DNA of 51,662 bases, from sequence record SRR20825006_1228. One strand, written 5' to 3'. The position numbers and the translations under genes were made by a program. The notes beneath the pieces are model-generated. The model was not told the DNA's origin and searched no databases. It was given only the letters and a program-made list of their open reading frames with translations. Shown one piece after another: positions 18,253-27,634 of the stretch (positions within the stretch are counted from its first letter, which is position 1; every line of letters begins with the position of its first letter).

Positions 18253-21200
18253 TCAGAAGCGGAGTTTGACGGCGGCGTTGGCCGTCAGGGCGGTTGCGTC
18301 GGTTGAAAACTCACCATCCACGCCAAACCGAATTTTCAGGAGTTCGGACCCCGCCAGTAGCGAGAGTCCCACCGTGGCGGCATCTTCAAACACCTCGGTG
18401 GCGCTGAGTGTAAAACTGTCCTCATAGCCGACAAATCCAGCGTCGACTTCGTAAGGTGTCGAAGACAACGTGGAGCGATAGCCAATATCCAATCCAGCCC
18501 GAACCATGGGACGGTAGCGATTGGAGTTGTTGTAACTGGTATAGGCCGGACCCGTGCGAGACGAGTCTGCGCCTTCCCGCCAGACATAGGCAAAGCCGAG
18601 TCCGGCATCAGCGGTTACACGGTCTGTGCTGGCGTCGCTGACCCATAGGTTCAATCCGTTTGATGCCGTTTCTGAATATCCGTCCTGATCAAGTTTGAAG
18701 TAGTCCAGACCAATTGATGGCGTCATCCTGAACGCCCCGGACCCGAATTCGGTTGATGCCAGGAGTGAAGCCGCGGTGGTCATCCCGTCCCATGTGCCGC
18801 TGACCTCTGAGACATACTCGTCGAACTCGATTTCTCTATAGCTGGAATGGTCGACCTTCGCGATCTGGCCAACGGCCTGAAGGTTTACGCGCCCGATCTG
18901 CTCCGTCGCATACACCCCGACACCCAGACTTTTCATGGTCACAGGATTTTCGCCGCCAGTTTTTTCCTCAAACTTGCCGTCGCTCATCGTACCCATGATG
19001 CCGATTGCATCTATGCCTAGCAGCGAGCGATCATACCCCAGAGCGATGCCAAGGCCGCGGCCGTCATATCCCGGCCCATCGTCAGACCCATCATAGCTGA
19101 CATGGGAATAGGTTTCCTGCACCCATGCACCATTTCCGGATTCACTGGAGCTACGGGTGAACTCCAGATGGCTTCTCAACGCGCCAAAAGCGGCATTCCA
19201 CTGGGATTCCAGATAGCGCGTTGCGGCATCAGTGCGCTGAGGCAGCAGCAAATTGTAGGCCTCTAGAAAGTCATGTTCGGTCGAAAGCTGCGTGATGGCA
19301 GATCCGACATCATCGTCACTTGTGGCAACATTGAGTATAGCGGAGAGGGCGCGGGACTGGTTCGTGTCGAGACTGAGTTCCTCGGCAGTCTTGAGGCGAA
19401 AGTCGAGATTGAGTTTGTCTGTATCAGACGTCTCTGTCTCCAGTGATACGTTGTATATCCACGGTATATTTTCGGTCGATAACTCAGCGGTTTCCTCGTC
19501 GTATATCAGTGTACCCGCTTCGATCAATGTGACGGCAAAATCACCGTCGATGAATGACGTAAGTGTTGGGCGTACCAGAGTATCGCTGCCCAGTGCTGCG
19601 GTTCCCGAAACCGACAGAAAGGCTGTGGTCCGCAGGTTCTGAGGATCAATTTCGAATTCAAGTGTTGAACCATCCGTGACGGAGAGGGAGGCAAGCTGCA
19701 AGGACGTTTCTTCAAGCAGAACAATTTCAGAATCTGAAATTGTCGCGGCCAGTCTGTAAGCATCGCTCGTCAGATTACCCGTGAGCAACGTTGAAGACAG
19801 GAAGTCGATCGTTCCACCCGCAGAGCCGAAGTCGAAATCTCCCTCGATCTCACTCTCCTCGATATACAGGCTGAGTGTATCGCCCTCGAAATAGGTGTCT
19901 CCCAGAAACTCGGCATCCGATAGGTCGAAAGTTGCGGCGCCGGCACCAAAGTAGATGTCGCCTGCCAGACCCCCGTCCAGAATTTGCAGTATGTCATCGC
20001 CGGTTCCGAACCGGACGTCGCCATAGATTGTAGGTTCGGTCACATCGTCTTCATCGATTTCGTCATCGCTGTTCACATCTTCAGTGGGAGTTTCCTGGTA
20101 CTGGATAATGGTTGCGCCAGCCGTTTGTGCGGACAGGTCAATGGCGATGGACGATCCTGTTTCCGAATCTTCCCGTCCGTCTGAAATGAGTAGGCCTGAA
20201 ATCGCGCCGGTATTGGTTATGTATCTTAGCGTATCACTTTCATCGGTGATCGCCGTTGCTGCGCCACCATAGCCATTTGATGAAGCGGTGATGGATCCAC
20301 TATTCAGGATCGCTTCCAGCGTACTTCCATTGGAAATGAACAACGCTTTGGCGGTGTCGTCCGTTAACGTATAGGTCGTTGCGGCGATGGATCCGGAGTT
20401 TTCGAGAGTGCCGATTGCTGTGCCGTTGCCGAGCAGAAGGCCTACGGCGGAAGCCTCGTAGGCGGTTCCTTGAATTGTGCCGGAATTCAGGATGCCGCCA
20501 TCAATTGTAACCGTTCCGGTTCCGTCTTCTGATCCGGATATGGAGAGCGCCGTCGCATCGAATCCGATATTCACGCCACTAGCATAAATCGTCCCACGAT
20601 TGATGAGGCCCTGATCAAAAGAAAACGTGGCGAGTACTTCATCTACGTCATCGTCATCATCATCATCGGTGGTATCGCGAACGGTTTCTACGACGCTCGA
20701 GAAGACTACGTTTTCGCCAGCGTTGGCTTCGATGGCGAGCGCCGGGGCTGAACCATAACTGTAGATTCTTCCAGCAGTTCGATTCTCATCGAAATCGTCG
20801 ATCGTATCCTTTGTTTCGTCATCCTCATCCTCTTCGGATGTGAAGTCGTCGACCGCGCCATTGATCAACAAGCCTTGTCCGAGACTGCCCGTGATGCGGA
20901 CGCCGTTCGCATTGTCGTAAAGGTCGTCGGCATCGCGGCGATCCTCCACCGCTTCAGTATCGTCATCGATATAGACAGGCGCGATATAGTTGGAAGAACT
21001 GGTGCTGGTGAAGCCGGTCGAGCTGATTGAACTCTCAATCGTCACATTGCCGGAGACATCCCCATCAATCGTGACAGCTGACGCATTCTCACCCTGAACC
21101 GTAATGGCGCCGCTGATCAATACATCACTGGCGACGTCATCTTCGAGGCTCAGACCCAGGGCGTTGTCGCCGATAACCGAAATTGTGCCCTGTTGCGTGT

Positions 21201-21792
21201 AATCGCCATCGAGCGCGGATCCGATGCGTACACCCGCTGAATCATTGCCTTCTATGTATAGCGTGGAGCCATGATCGAGCAGGATATTACCTGTGATCGT
21301 GCCACCATTCTCGACGTCGATGCCCACGCGGTTCGTCCCGATGGCGAGTGGCCCGTCCACATCGTCATCATCGTCTTCGTCTTCCCGGTCATAGTCTTCC
21401 GACAATTCGATGGAACCCGTGTGGGTGATGCCTGTCGTCGTACCCGTTCGGACAGCAATAGCGGTGACGTAGTCGGTGTCTTCTGCGAGAATTTCGCCAT
21501 CATTGGTGATGGTATTGTCGGAGTCGACCGTAATCGCGGTGGTACCTGGCAGGTCGCTGAGATCAATTTCCCCATCTTCAGTGATTGTAATGTCGTCGGG
21601 CTGTCCGTCATTCGCGGTGGAGGTCTCGACGGGAGCGACGGTGGATTCCTCGATTTCGACGGCCCCTGCAGGGAGGGCCGTAGCCATACCCAGAACAATA
21701 ATCAGTCCACGTGCAACCACCTCAGGAGCGGATGCCTGTGGACCGGAAGCGTGCATCCTTAAATGATTGTTATTTAATGAAAAAATGTTCAT
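18253..21792 (-). CDS. Autotransporter with very acidic passenger domain
   Basis: Signal peptide ending LPAGA, beta-helix-like TN(D/S)GxI repeats, poly-Asp runs, C-terminal barrel with GAWVQE, LGYDR, and terminal VKLRF; start 21792 (21822/21756 possible). Confidence 0.88.
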   Translation of the reverse strand: MNIFSLNNNHLRMHASGPQASAPEVVARGLIIVLGMATALPAGAVEIEESTVAPVETSTANDGQPDDITITEDGEIDLSDLPGTTAITVDSDNTITNDGEILAEDTDYVTAIAVRTGTTTGITHTGSIELSEDYDREDEDDDDDVDGPLAIGTNRVGIDVENGGTITGNILLDHGSTLYIEGNDSAGVRIGSALDGDYTQQGTISVIGDNALGLSLEDDVASDVLISGAITVQGENASAVTIDGDVSGNVTIESSISSTGFTSTSSSNYIAPVYIDDDTEAVEDRRDADDLYDNANGVRITGSLGQGLLINGAVDDFTSEEDEDDETKDTIDDFDENRTAGRIYSYGSAPALAIEANAGENVVFSSVVETVRDTTDDDDDDDVDEVLATFSFDQGLINRGTIYASGVNIGFDATALSISGSEDGTGTVTIDGGILNSGTIQGTAYEASAVGLLLGNGTAIGTLENSGSIAATTYTLTDDTAKALFISNGSTLEAILNSGSITASSNGYGGAATAITDESDTLRYITNTGAISGLLISDGREDSETGSSIAIDLSAQTAGATIIQYQETPTEDVNSDDEIDEDDVTEPTIYGDVRFGTGDDILQILDGGLAGDIYFGAGAATFDLSDAEFLGDTYFEGDTLSLYIEESEIEGDFDFGSAGGTIDFLSSTLLTGNLTSDAYRLAATISDSEIVLLEETSLQLASLSVTDGSTLEFEIDPQNLRTTAFLSVSGTAALGSDTLVRPTLTSFIDGDFAVTLIEAGTLIYDEETAELSTENIPWIYNVSLETETSDTDKLNLDFRLKTAEELSLDTNQSRALSAILNVATSDDDVGSAITQLSTEHDFLEAYNLLLPQRTDAATRYLESQWNAAFGALRSHLEFTRSSSESGNGAWVQETYSHVSYDGSDDGPGYDGRGLGIALGYDRSLLGIDAIGIMGTMSDGKFEEKTGGENPVTMKSLGVGVYATEQIGRVNLQAVGQIAKVDHSSYREIEFDEYVSEVSGTWDGMTTAASLLASTEFGSGAFRMTPSIGLDYFKLDQDGYSETASNGLNLWVSDASTDRVTADAGLGFAYVWREGADSSRTGPAYTSYNNSNRYRPMVRAGLDIGYRSTLSSTPYEVDAGFVGYEDSFTLSATEVFEDAATVGLSLLAGSELLKIRFGVDGEFSTDATALTANAAVKLRF

Positions 21793-22112
21793 GTTGGCGC
21801 GCTCCAGATCGTCCTGTCCCAATGCGTTACGGGAGCGTCTTGTCTGAACTTTGCCGAAATGTGCGGCTTGTCAGCGAGAGTGTGTCAGCCTGACATAATT
21901 GGCGGGACATTGCTGTCGTCTTCCGCTTTCAGGATTCATGCGCAAGCAAATGATCTGCAACATTCTGGTGACAAAGCTGTGGTGAAGGAGCGGGCTTGAG
22001 CCGGGTTTGCTGGAAAGTGCAATAAAATGCCGGTCTTCGCGACGGAATTTGAAACTTGGGTCGTTTAACCCGGGAACATGTTCACAGCCAGAATTGCTGG
22101 AAAGAGACAAGA

Positions 22113-23414
22113 ATGAGAGTTTTTGGGAAACGATCCCGCTGGATCATCGCGATTATTGTCGTATTGGCAGCAGGCGGTGCCGTATGGTTTGCGAAGTCAA
22201 ACTTGGCGAACTCCACAACGCCGACTTATGAAACATCAGCCGCACGCACGGGTGATATTGAAGTTACGATCTCGGCAGCAGGTACTCTTGCGCCAAAGGA
22301 GATGGTTGAGGTTGGCGCACAGGTCTCGGGTCAATTGGAAGAGTTGTTCGTTGATGTCGGCGACGAGGTCGAGAAGGGCCAACTCCTTGCGCAGATCGAT
22401 GCCACGATTGCACAGAACACGGTCGAAGCCCAACAAGCTCAGTTAAACTCGCTATATGCCTCGAAACGTCAACAGGCGGCTTCTCTGAAACTTGCAAGGG
22501 CCGAGTCTGAACGCGCCAATATGCTGTTTGAGGCCGATGCCATTGCGCGCGCTGACTATGAGGCCACGGTATCGGAATTGGAGATCGCGGAAGGGAAGCT
22601 CGACGCTATCAATGCGCAGATCGCGCAGCAGACCTCCAGCCTCCGTGCCGATGAAGCCAATCTGGAATTTACAAAGATTTACGCTCCGATGGCTGGTACA
22701 GTCGTCTCGCTCAGTGCATCCGAGGGCCAGACCCTCAATGCGAACCAGACCGCACCCGTCATCATGACCATTGCGGATCTCGGTATAATGACCGTGGAGG
22801 CCGATGTCTCCGAAGCAGATGTGTTGCGCGTATCAAAGGGGCAGCAAGCCTGGTTCACCACGCTGGGCGATTCTGATCACAAGTGGCAAACCGAAGTTCG
22901 TCAGGTCCTTCCCACGCCTGAAGTTGTCAATGACGTCGTGCTCTACAAGGCGCTGCTCGATATTGAGAACCCCGATGGAATTTTGCGAAGTGATATGACC
23001 GCTCAGGTCTTCTTCATTCTGGGGCAGGCCGAAGATGCCGTCCTGATCCCGGTAACGGCCTTGCAGTCACGTCCCGAGCGCCCAGAGAGCGCACAAGCCA
23101 GGCGTCCTGCGCAACCTGAACGCGGAGCCGCCCAGGGTGATCGTGTTGGCGACGGCAGAGGCCAGGCTATCCGTGAGGCACGCGCGCAATATCCCGACGC
23201 AGAAATGGGTATGGTTCTGAAAATGGATGCGAATGGCGAAGCTGTCCCTCAGCCTGTTTTGGTTGGTCTTCAGACGCGTACAAGTGCCGAAATATTGTTC
23301 GGCTTGTCTGAGGGTGATGAGGTCGTGACCGGGCAAGTGAGCATTCGTTCGAAACAGGCGACCGAGCGTGCCGGAAATGACCGGCCACGCCGTATGGGTC
23401 CACCCCCGGTTTAG
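22113..23414 (+). CDS. macA: MacA-type periplasmic adaptor
   Basis: N-terminal TM, VEVGAQVSGQL, IYAPMAGTVV, GQTLNANQTAP, VSEADV. Confidence 0.9.
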   Translation: MRVFGKRSRWIIAIIVVLAAGGAVWFAKSNLANSTTPTYETSAARTGDIEVTISAAGTLAPKEMVEVGAQVSGQLEELFVDVGDEVEKGQLLAQIDATIAQNTVEAQQAQLNSLYASKRQQAASLKLARAESERANMLFEADAIARADYEATVSELEIAEGKLDAINAQIAQQTSSLRADEANLEFTKIYAPMAGTVVSLSASEGQTLNANQTAPVIMTIADLGIMTVEADVSEADVLRVSKGQQAWFTTLGDSDHKWQTEVRQVLPTPEVVNDVVLYKALLDIENPDGILRSDMTAQVFFILGQAEDAVLIPVTALQSRPERPESAQARRPAQPERGAAQGDRVGDGRGQAIREARAQYPDAEMGMVLKMDANGEAVPQPVLVGLQTRTSAEILFGLSEGDEVVTGQVSIRSKQATERAGNDRPRRMGPPPV

Positions 23415-23425
23415 GACGCCAGATC

Positions 23426-25363
23426 ATGTCAGAACCCTTGCTGCATTTGCAGGACATAAAGCGCGTCTACGGACGGGGTGACGCAGAGGTCCGCGCCCTT
23501 GATGGCGTCGACCTGACCATTCGCGAAGGCGAGTTCGTTGCAATTGTCGGACAGTCGGGTTCCGGTAAGTCGACTTTGATGAACTTGCTTGGTTGTCTCG
23601 ACCACCCGACTTCCGGAACCTACCGCATTCATGGGCAGGATGTGTCCGAGATGGACGCCGATGCACTGGCCTCCTTGCGCAGGCGGACATTCGGCTTTGT
23701 GTTTCAGCGCTATAATCTCCTCGCCAATGTCAGCGCATCGGAGAACGTGGAGATACCTGCGGTCTATGCCGGGGTTCGCCAATCGGAACGGAAGGCCCGC
23801 GCACAGGAATTGCTCGGTAGGCTTGGCCTTGGCGGGCGCGAGAAAAGTCGCCCCGGTCAATTGTCCGGGGGACAGCAGCAACGTGTGGCTGTTGCCCGAG
23901 CTCTGATGAATGATGCCGAAGTCATCCTCGCGGATGAGCCGACGGGAGCGCTCGATTCCGGCACGAGTGAAGAACTTCTGGAATTGCTGGAAGAGCTGCA
24001 TCGCTCCGGCCGCACAGTCATCCTGATTACCCATGACCAGGAAGTCGCTGAACGCGCAGACCGCACGATTGAAATTCGCGACGGCAAAATCATTTCCGAT
24101 TCCGGTTCAGTAGAACGGTCTCTGGAGTCGTTTGACCAACGCGCCGTGAAATCCTCCCCCTCCTTCTTTCTTCAGCTTACGGAATCCATCAAGACGGCCT
24201 TCCGGTCATTGCGCGCGAACCTGTTTCGCACCGCACTGACCTTGCTGGGCGTGGTGATCGGCGTTGCGGCGGTGGTCGCAATGCTGGCGGTCGGGCAAGG
24301 TAGCCAGCGCGAGGTTATGGCCCGGTTCGAGGACATGGGTGCGAACCTGCTCTTCGTTCAGCCGGGGGGTGACCGGGGCGCGCGAATGCGCGGTGACGCC
24401 ATTGCAACCCTTTCACTCGAAGATGCTGAGAGATTGGGCGAATTGGACAATGTCCTGGCTGCGGTGCCATCGCGGTCCGGATCTGCAACATTGCGGCGAG
24501 GAAGCAATGACCATCGTGGCTCCGTGGAAGGTGTTTCGGAAGACTGGTTGCTCGCCAATACCCGCAATATTGAATACGGCTCTTTCTTCACGGCAGAAGA
24601 TGTCGACCGACGCGTAGGTGTGGTTGTGCTGGGCACAACGACCGCGGGGGAATTGTTCGACAATATCTCGGAAGCCGTCGGCGAGTATGTCTTTCTTGCG
24701 GGCGCACCATTTGAGGTCGCCGGCGTGCTTGAAGAAGAAGGCGCCAGCTCGTTCGGCCGTGACCAGGATGATATCGCGCTTATTCCCATCACAACCGGGA
24801 TGATGCGCGTGTTCGGCAGTTCCTACCTGTCGAGTATAACCATCGCTGTGGAAGACACGGACGTAATCTCGACGACGGAGACTGAAGCAAACGAGCTGCT
24901 GCTTCAACGACACGGAACACAGGATTTTCGGATACGGAATACGGCATCGATCCTGGAGTCCGTTCAGGAGACACAGAATTCGTTCTCGATCCTGCTAGGC
25001 GCGGTTGCCTCTATCTCATTGCTCGTCGGCGGTATCGGTGTAATGAACATCATGCTTGTCAGCGTATCAGAACGTACGCGCGAGATCGGTGTGCGCATGG
25101 CAACGGGGGCGCGTCGGTCTGATATTCTTGTCCAATTCATTGTGGAGGCCGTCGTGGTCTGCGCGCTGGGCGGTGTGATCGGTATTCTTACGGGCTTCGC
25201 GATCTGTGCAATTCTCGCCAATCTCGGCACCAGCATCGCCGTAACGCCCATGCCCGCGATCCTCGCCTTTTCAACAGCTTTCCTGACCGGGTTCGTGTTC
25301 GGCTTCCTGCCGGCGCGCAATGCCTCGCGGCTTGATCCGGTCCGGGCCCTTGCGGCGGAGTAA
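23426..25363 (+). CDS. macB: MacB ABC ATPase-permease fusion
   Basis: GQSGSGKSTLMN, LSGGQQQRV, ADEPTGALD, GIGVMNIMLVSVSERTREIG. Confidence 0.93.
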   Translation: MSEPLLHLQDIKRVYGRGDAEVRALDGVDLTIREGEFVAIVGQSGSGKSTLMNLLGCLDHPTSGTYRIHGQDVSEMDADALASLRRRTFGFVFQRYNLLANVSASENVEIPAVYAGVRQSERKARAQELLGRLGLGGREKSRPGQLSGGQQQRVAVARALMNDAEVILADEPTGALDSGTSEELLELLEELHRSGRTVILITHDQEVAERADRTIEIRDGKIISDSGSVERSLESFDQRAVKSSPSFFLQLTESIKTAFRSLRANLFRTALTLLGVVIGVAAVVAMLAVGQGSQREVMARFEDMGANLLFVQPGGDRGARMRGDAIATLSLEDAERLGELDNVLAAVPSRSGSATLRRGSNDHRGSVEGVSEDWLLANTRNIEYGSFFTAEDVDRRVGVVVLGTTTAGELFDNISEAVGEYVFLAGAPFEVAGVLEEEGASSFGRDQDDIALIPITTGMMRVFGSSYLSSITIAVEDTDVISTTETEANELLLQRHGTQDFRIRNTASILESVQETQNSFSILLGAVASISLLVGGIGVMNIMLVSVSERTREIGVRMATGARRSDILVQFIVEAVVVCALGGVIGILTGFAICAILANLGTSIAVTPMPAILAFSTAFLTGFVFGFLPARNASRLDPVRALAAE

Positions 25364-25365
25364 TC

Positions 25366-26766
25366 ATGACCAGAATTCCTCTTCTTCCTCTCAGTCTGCT
25401 TGTCGTCCTTGCAGGATGTACCGCAACGCAATCGTCCGATACGCCTTTGTCCTCGGTTGAGCTTCCGGCGTCCTATGAAACCTCAATGCAAGCGGAAACA
25501 GAATTGCCGGCCACAGGGCTCTGGTGGTCAACCTTCGGCGATGAATCCTTGAACGCATTGGTCAGCACCGCACTCACGCGGAACAAGTCGCTTGAAGCTG
25601 GACTTGCCAATGTTACCTCCGCACGCGCTGCGTTGCGTGTTGCCGATTCCAGCGCCTTGCCATCTGTTTCAGCAGGGGCGTCAGTTTCCACCGACAGTGA
25701 TTCCGACTTCAGTGATTTTTCTCGCAGTGCCCGCCTGTCGGCTAGCTATCAGCTGGATCTGTTTGGCAGTGTTGCAGCGTCACGTGATGCGGCAGGGGCC
25801 AATCTCGAATCGGCTGAGTTCGCGCAAAGAGCGCTTGAGCTGAGTGTTACATCTGATCTGGCAGCGAACTATTTTGACCTTCAGGTCGCGCGTAAGCAGT
25901 TTGAAGTCGCGCAAGACAATCTGGAAATTGCCGAGCGTATCTTTGAAATCGTGCGGGTAAGGTACGATGCGGGCGAGATTTCCGGATTTGATTTTGCCAG
26001 CCAGGAAGCTGCATTGGCCAATTCGCGTGCGCAACTCCCGCAGATCGAGCAGCAGATACTCTCTCTGCGGACGGCGATTGCGATCCTTATAGGGCAGGTG
26101 CCGCAAAATTTCGAAGTGCCGGACGTAGACCTTTACGAGACTGGCTTGCCAGTACCGGAAGCAGGCCTACCATCTCAGCTTCTGGTGCGGCGCCCGGACT
26201 TGTTGCAGGCCGAGGCTGATTTGCGGGCGGCGCAGGCCAATGTTCAGATTGCGAGAGCAGCCATGCTGCCAAGTGTCGATCTTGGCGCGGGTGTGACGAC
26301 ACTCCTGACCTCTATGTCTGATCCGACCGCCAGTCTTTCGGCGTCCCTTGCGCAGACTGTGTTTTCTGGGGGAGCGCTGGAGGCTCAGCTCGACAGTGCC
26401 AAAGCGCGAAGGGAGGCGTTGCTGTCGAATTATGAGCAGGCCATTCTCAGCGCGTTACGCGATGTTGATGTTGCGCTGTCTGCCATCAATACCAGCGCCC
26501 AACGTGAAGAACAGCTCCAGATTGCACTCGTTGCCAGTCGCCGCGCACTGGATTCCGCTGAACTGCGATATCGTGTCGGCACGGACGATTTGACGAGTCT
26601 CTTGTCTGCACAACAGAACTATTATTCTGCAACGCAAAGTGCCCTCGAGGCGCGTCGGGACCGGTTGGCTGCGGCCATTGATCTCTACGTCGCAGTGGGA
26701 GGCGGGTTCTCACCCCGTCAGCGCCAGCTGAATTTGGCCGGGCGCTTTGCGAGGAAGGCCCTGTAA
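25366..26766 (+). CDS. Efflux outer membrane factor lipoprotein (TolC/NodT family)
   Basis: Lipobox LAGC, SYQLDLFG, LLVRRPDLLQAE, LYVAVGGG; 3' end overlaps the next gene. Confidence 0.9.
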   Translation: MTRIPLLPLSLLVVLAGCTATQSSDTPLSSVELPASYETSMQAETELPATGLWWSTFGDESLNALVSTALTRNKSLEAGLANVTSARAALRVADSSALPSVSAGASVSTDSDSDFSDFSRSARLSASYQLDLFGSVAASRDAAGANLESAEFAQRALELSVTSDLAANYFDLQVARKQFEVAQDNLEIAERIFEIVRVRYDAGEISGFDFASQEAALANSRAQLPQIEQQILSLRTAIAILIGQVPQNFEVPDVDLYETGLPVPEAGLPSQLLVRRPDLLQAEADLRAAQANVQIARAAMLPSVDLGAGVTTLLTSMSDPTASLSASLAQTVFSGGALEAQLDSAKARREALLSNYEQAILSALRDVDVALSAINTSAQREEQLQIALVASRRALDSAELRYRVGTDDLTSLLSAQQNYYSATQSALEARRDRLAAAIDLYVAVGGGFSPRQRQLNLAGRFARKAL

Positions 26767-27503
26767 CCTTCCTGGAAGTCCTCATTCTCGAAGCTTTCCA
26801 GGAACAGGGCTTTCGCTTCAGGACTATCGTCTCGCCAGCCCATCTTGATCGCATCGAAGGTGCGCTTCATCGCGCTATGTGACCAGAGTGAATTGGCTGA
26901 AACCAGACGCGCCGTTTCTCGCGCCAATTCCAAGGCTGATTCGGACTCTGCCATATGTGTAACCAGACCGATACGATAGGCCTCGTCGCAATCAAATAAA
27001 CGACCTGTCAGCAAGATGTCCTTGGCGGCAGGAATACCAACGGTTTCTATCAAGCGCCGTGTATCGTTCACTGGATACACAAGCCCTAGCTTCGCCGGAG
27101 GCACACCGAACCTGGCTTCGGGGCTGGCGATGCGAATGTCTGCCGTCAGAGCAAGTGCGACGCCGCCACCCACGCAAGCGCCGGTGATCGCAGCGATGAT
27201 CGGCTTCGGGCATTGGGCGAGACATGTAACCGCATCGGAAATCAGGTTTGCCGAATGCTCTGCGCTTTCGGGCGTGGCATAGATCGTTTCGAACTCCGAA
27301 ATATCTGCGCCCGCCGCGAATGCGCCTGCTGTTCCGCCATGAATGATGACGCATTTCACTTCGGGATCTGCCTCCAGCTGCTTCACCATACCGGGGATTG
27401 CTGCCCACATATCACTCGACAGAGCGTTGCGGCGTTCGGGCTTGTTCAGGATCAGTTCGCCAATCCCATTACTGACCTCGATGCGGATGCGTTGGGAAGT
27501 CAT
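26718..27503 (-). CDS. Enoyl-CoA hydratase/isomerase family protein
   Basis: LNKPERRNAL, FAAGADISEF, GACVGGG, PPAKLGL, EGYRAFLAKRP. Confidence 0.92.
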   Translation of the reverse strand: MTSQRIRIEVSNGIGELILNKPERRNALSSDMWAAIPGMVKQLEADPEVKCVIIHGGTAGAFAAGADISEFETIYATPESAEHSANLISDAVTCLAQCPKPIIAAITGACVGGGVALALTADIRIASPEARFGVPPAKLGLVYPVNDTRRLIETVGIPAAKDILLTGRLFDCDEAYRIGLVTHMAESESALELARETARLVSANSLWSHSAMKRTFDAIKMGWRDDSPEAKALFLESFENEDFQEGYRAFLAKRPAKFSWR

Positions 27504-27634
27504 GCTCTAATCCTTCAGATAAGTCTTGTTGCACAATTTCTGTATGCGAGCGTTGGCTGTTCGGCCACCCCGAGCTGGCCTTCTGAACAGTTGTGGGAAT
27601 TGACGCAGCGCCGAGTGTCTCTTTAGGTGCGGGC

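Noticed and set aside
20640-20670. (TCA/TCG)n trinucleotide-like repeat as a contingency locus or array
   Set aside because: Simply encodes a poly-Asp run with mixed codons; in frame, no spacers
15616-21792. Two-partner secretion (TpsB/TpsA) or TamAB interpretation
   Set aside because: Omp85 protein has five POTRAs and BamA-type motifs, the partner has its own C-terminal barrel, and there is no TamB
11653-26766. Mobile element or att-site repeats bounding the envelope module
   Set aside because: No integrase, transposase, tRNA or flanking direct repeats could be seen by eye
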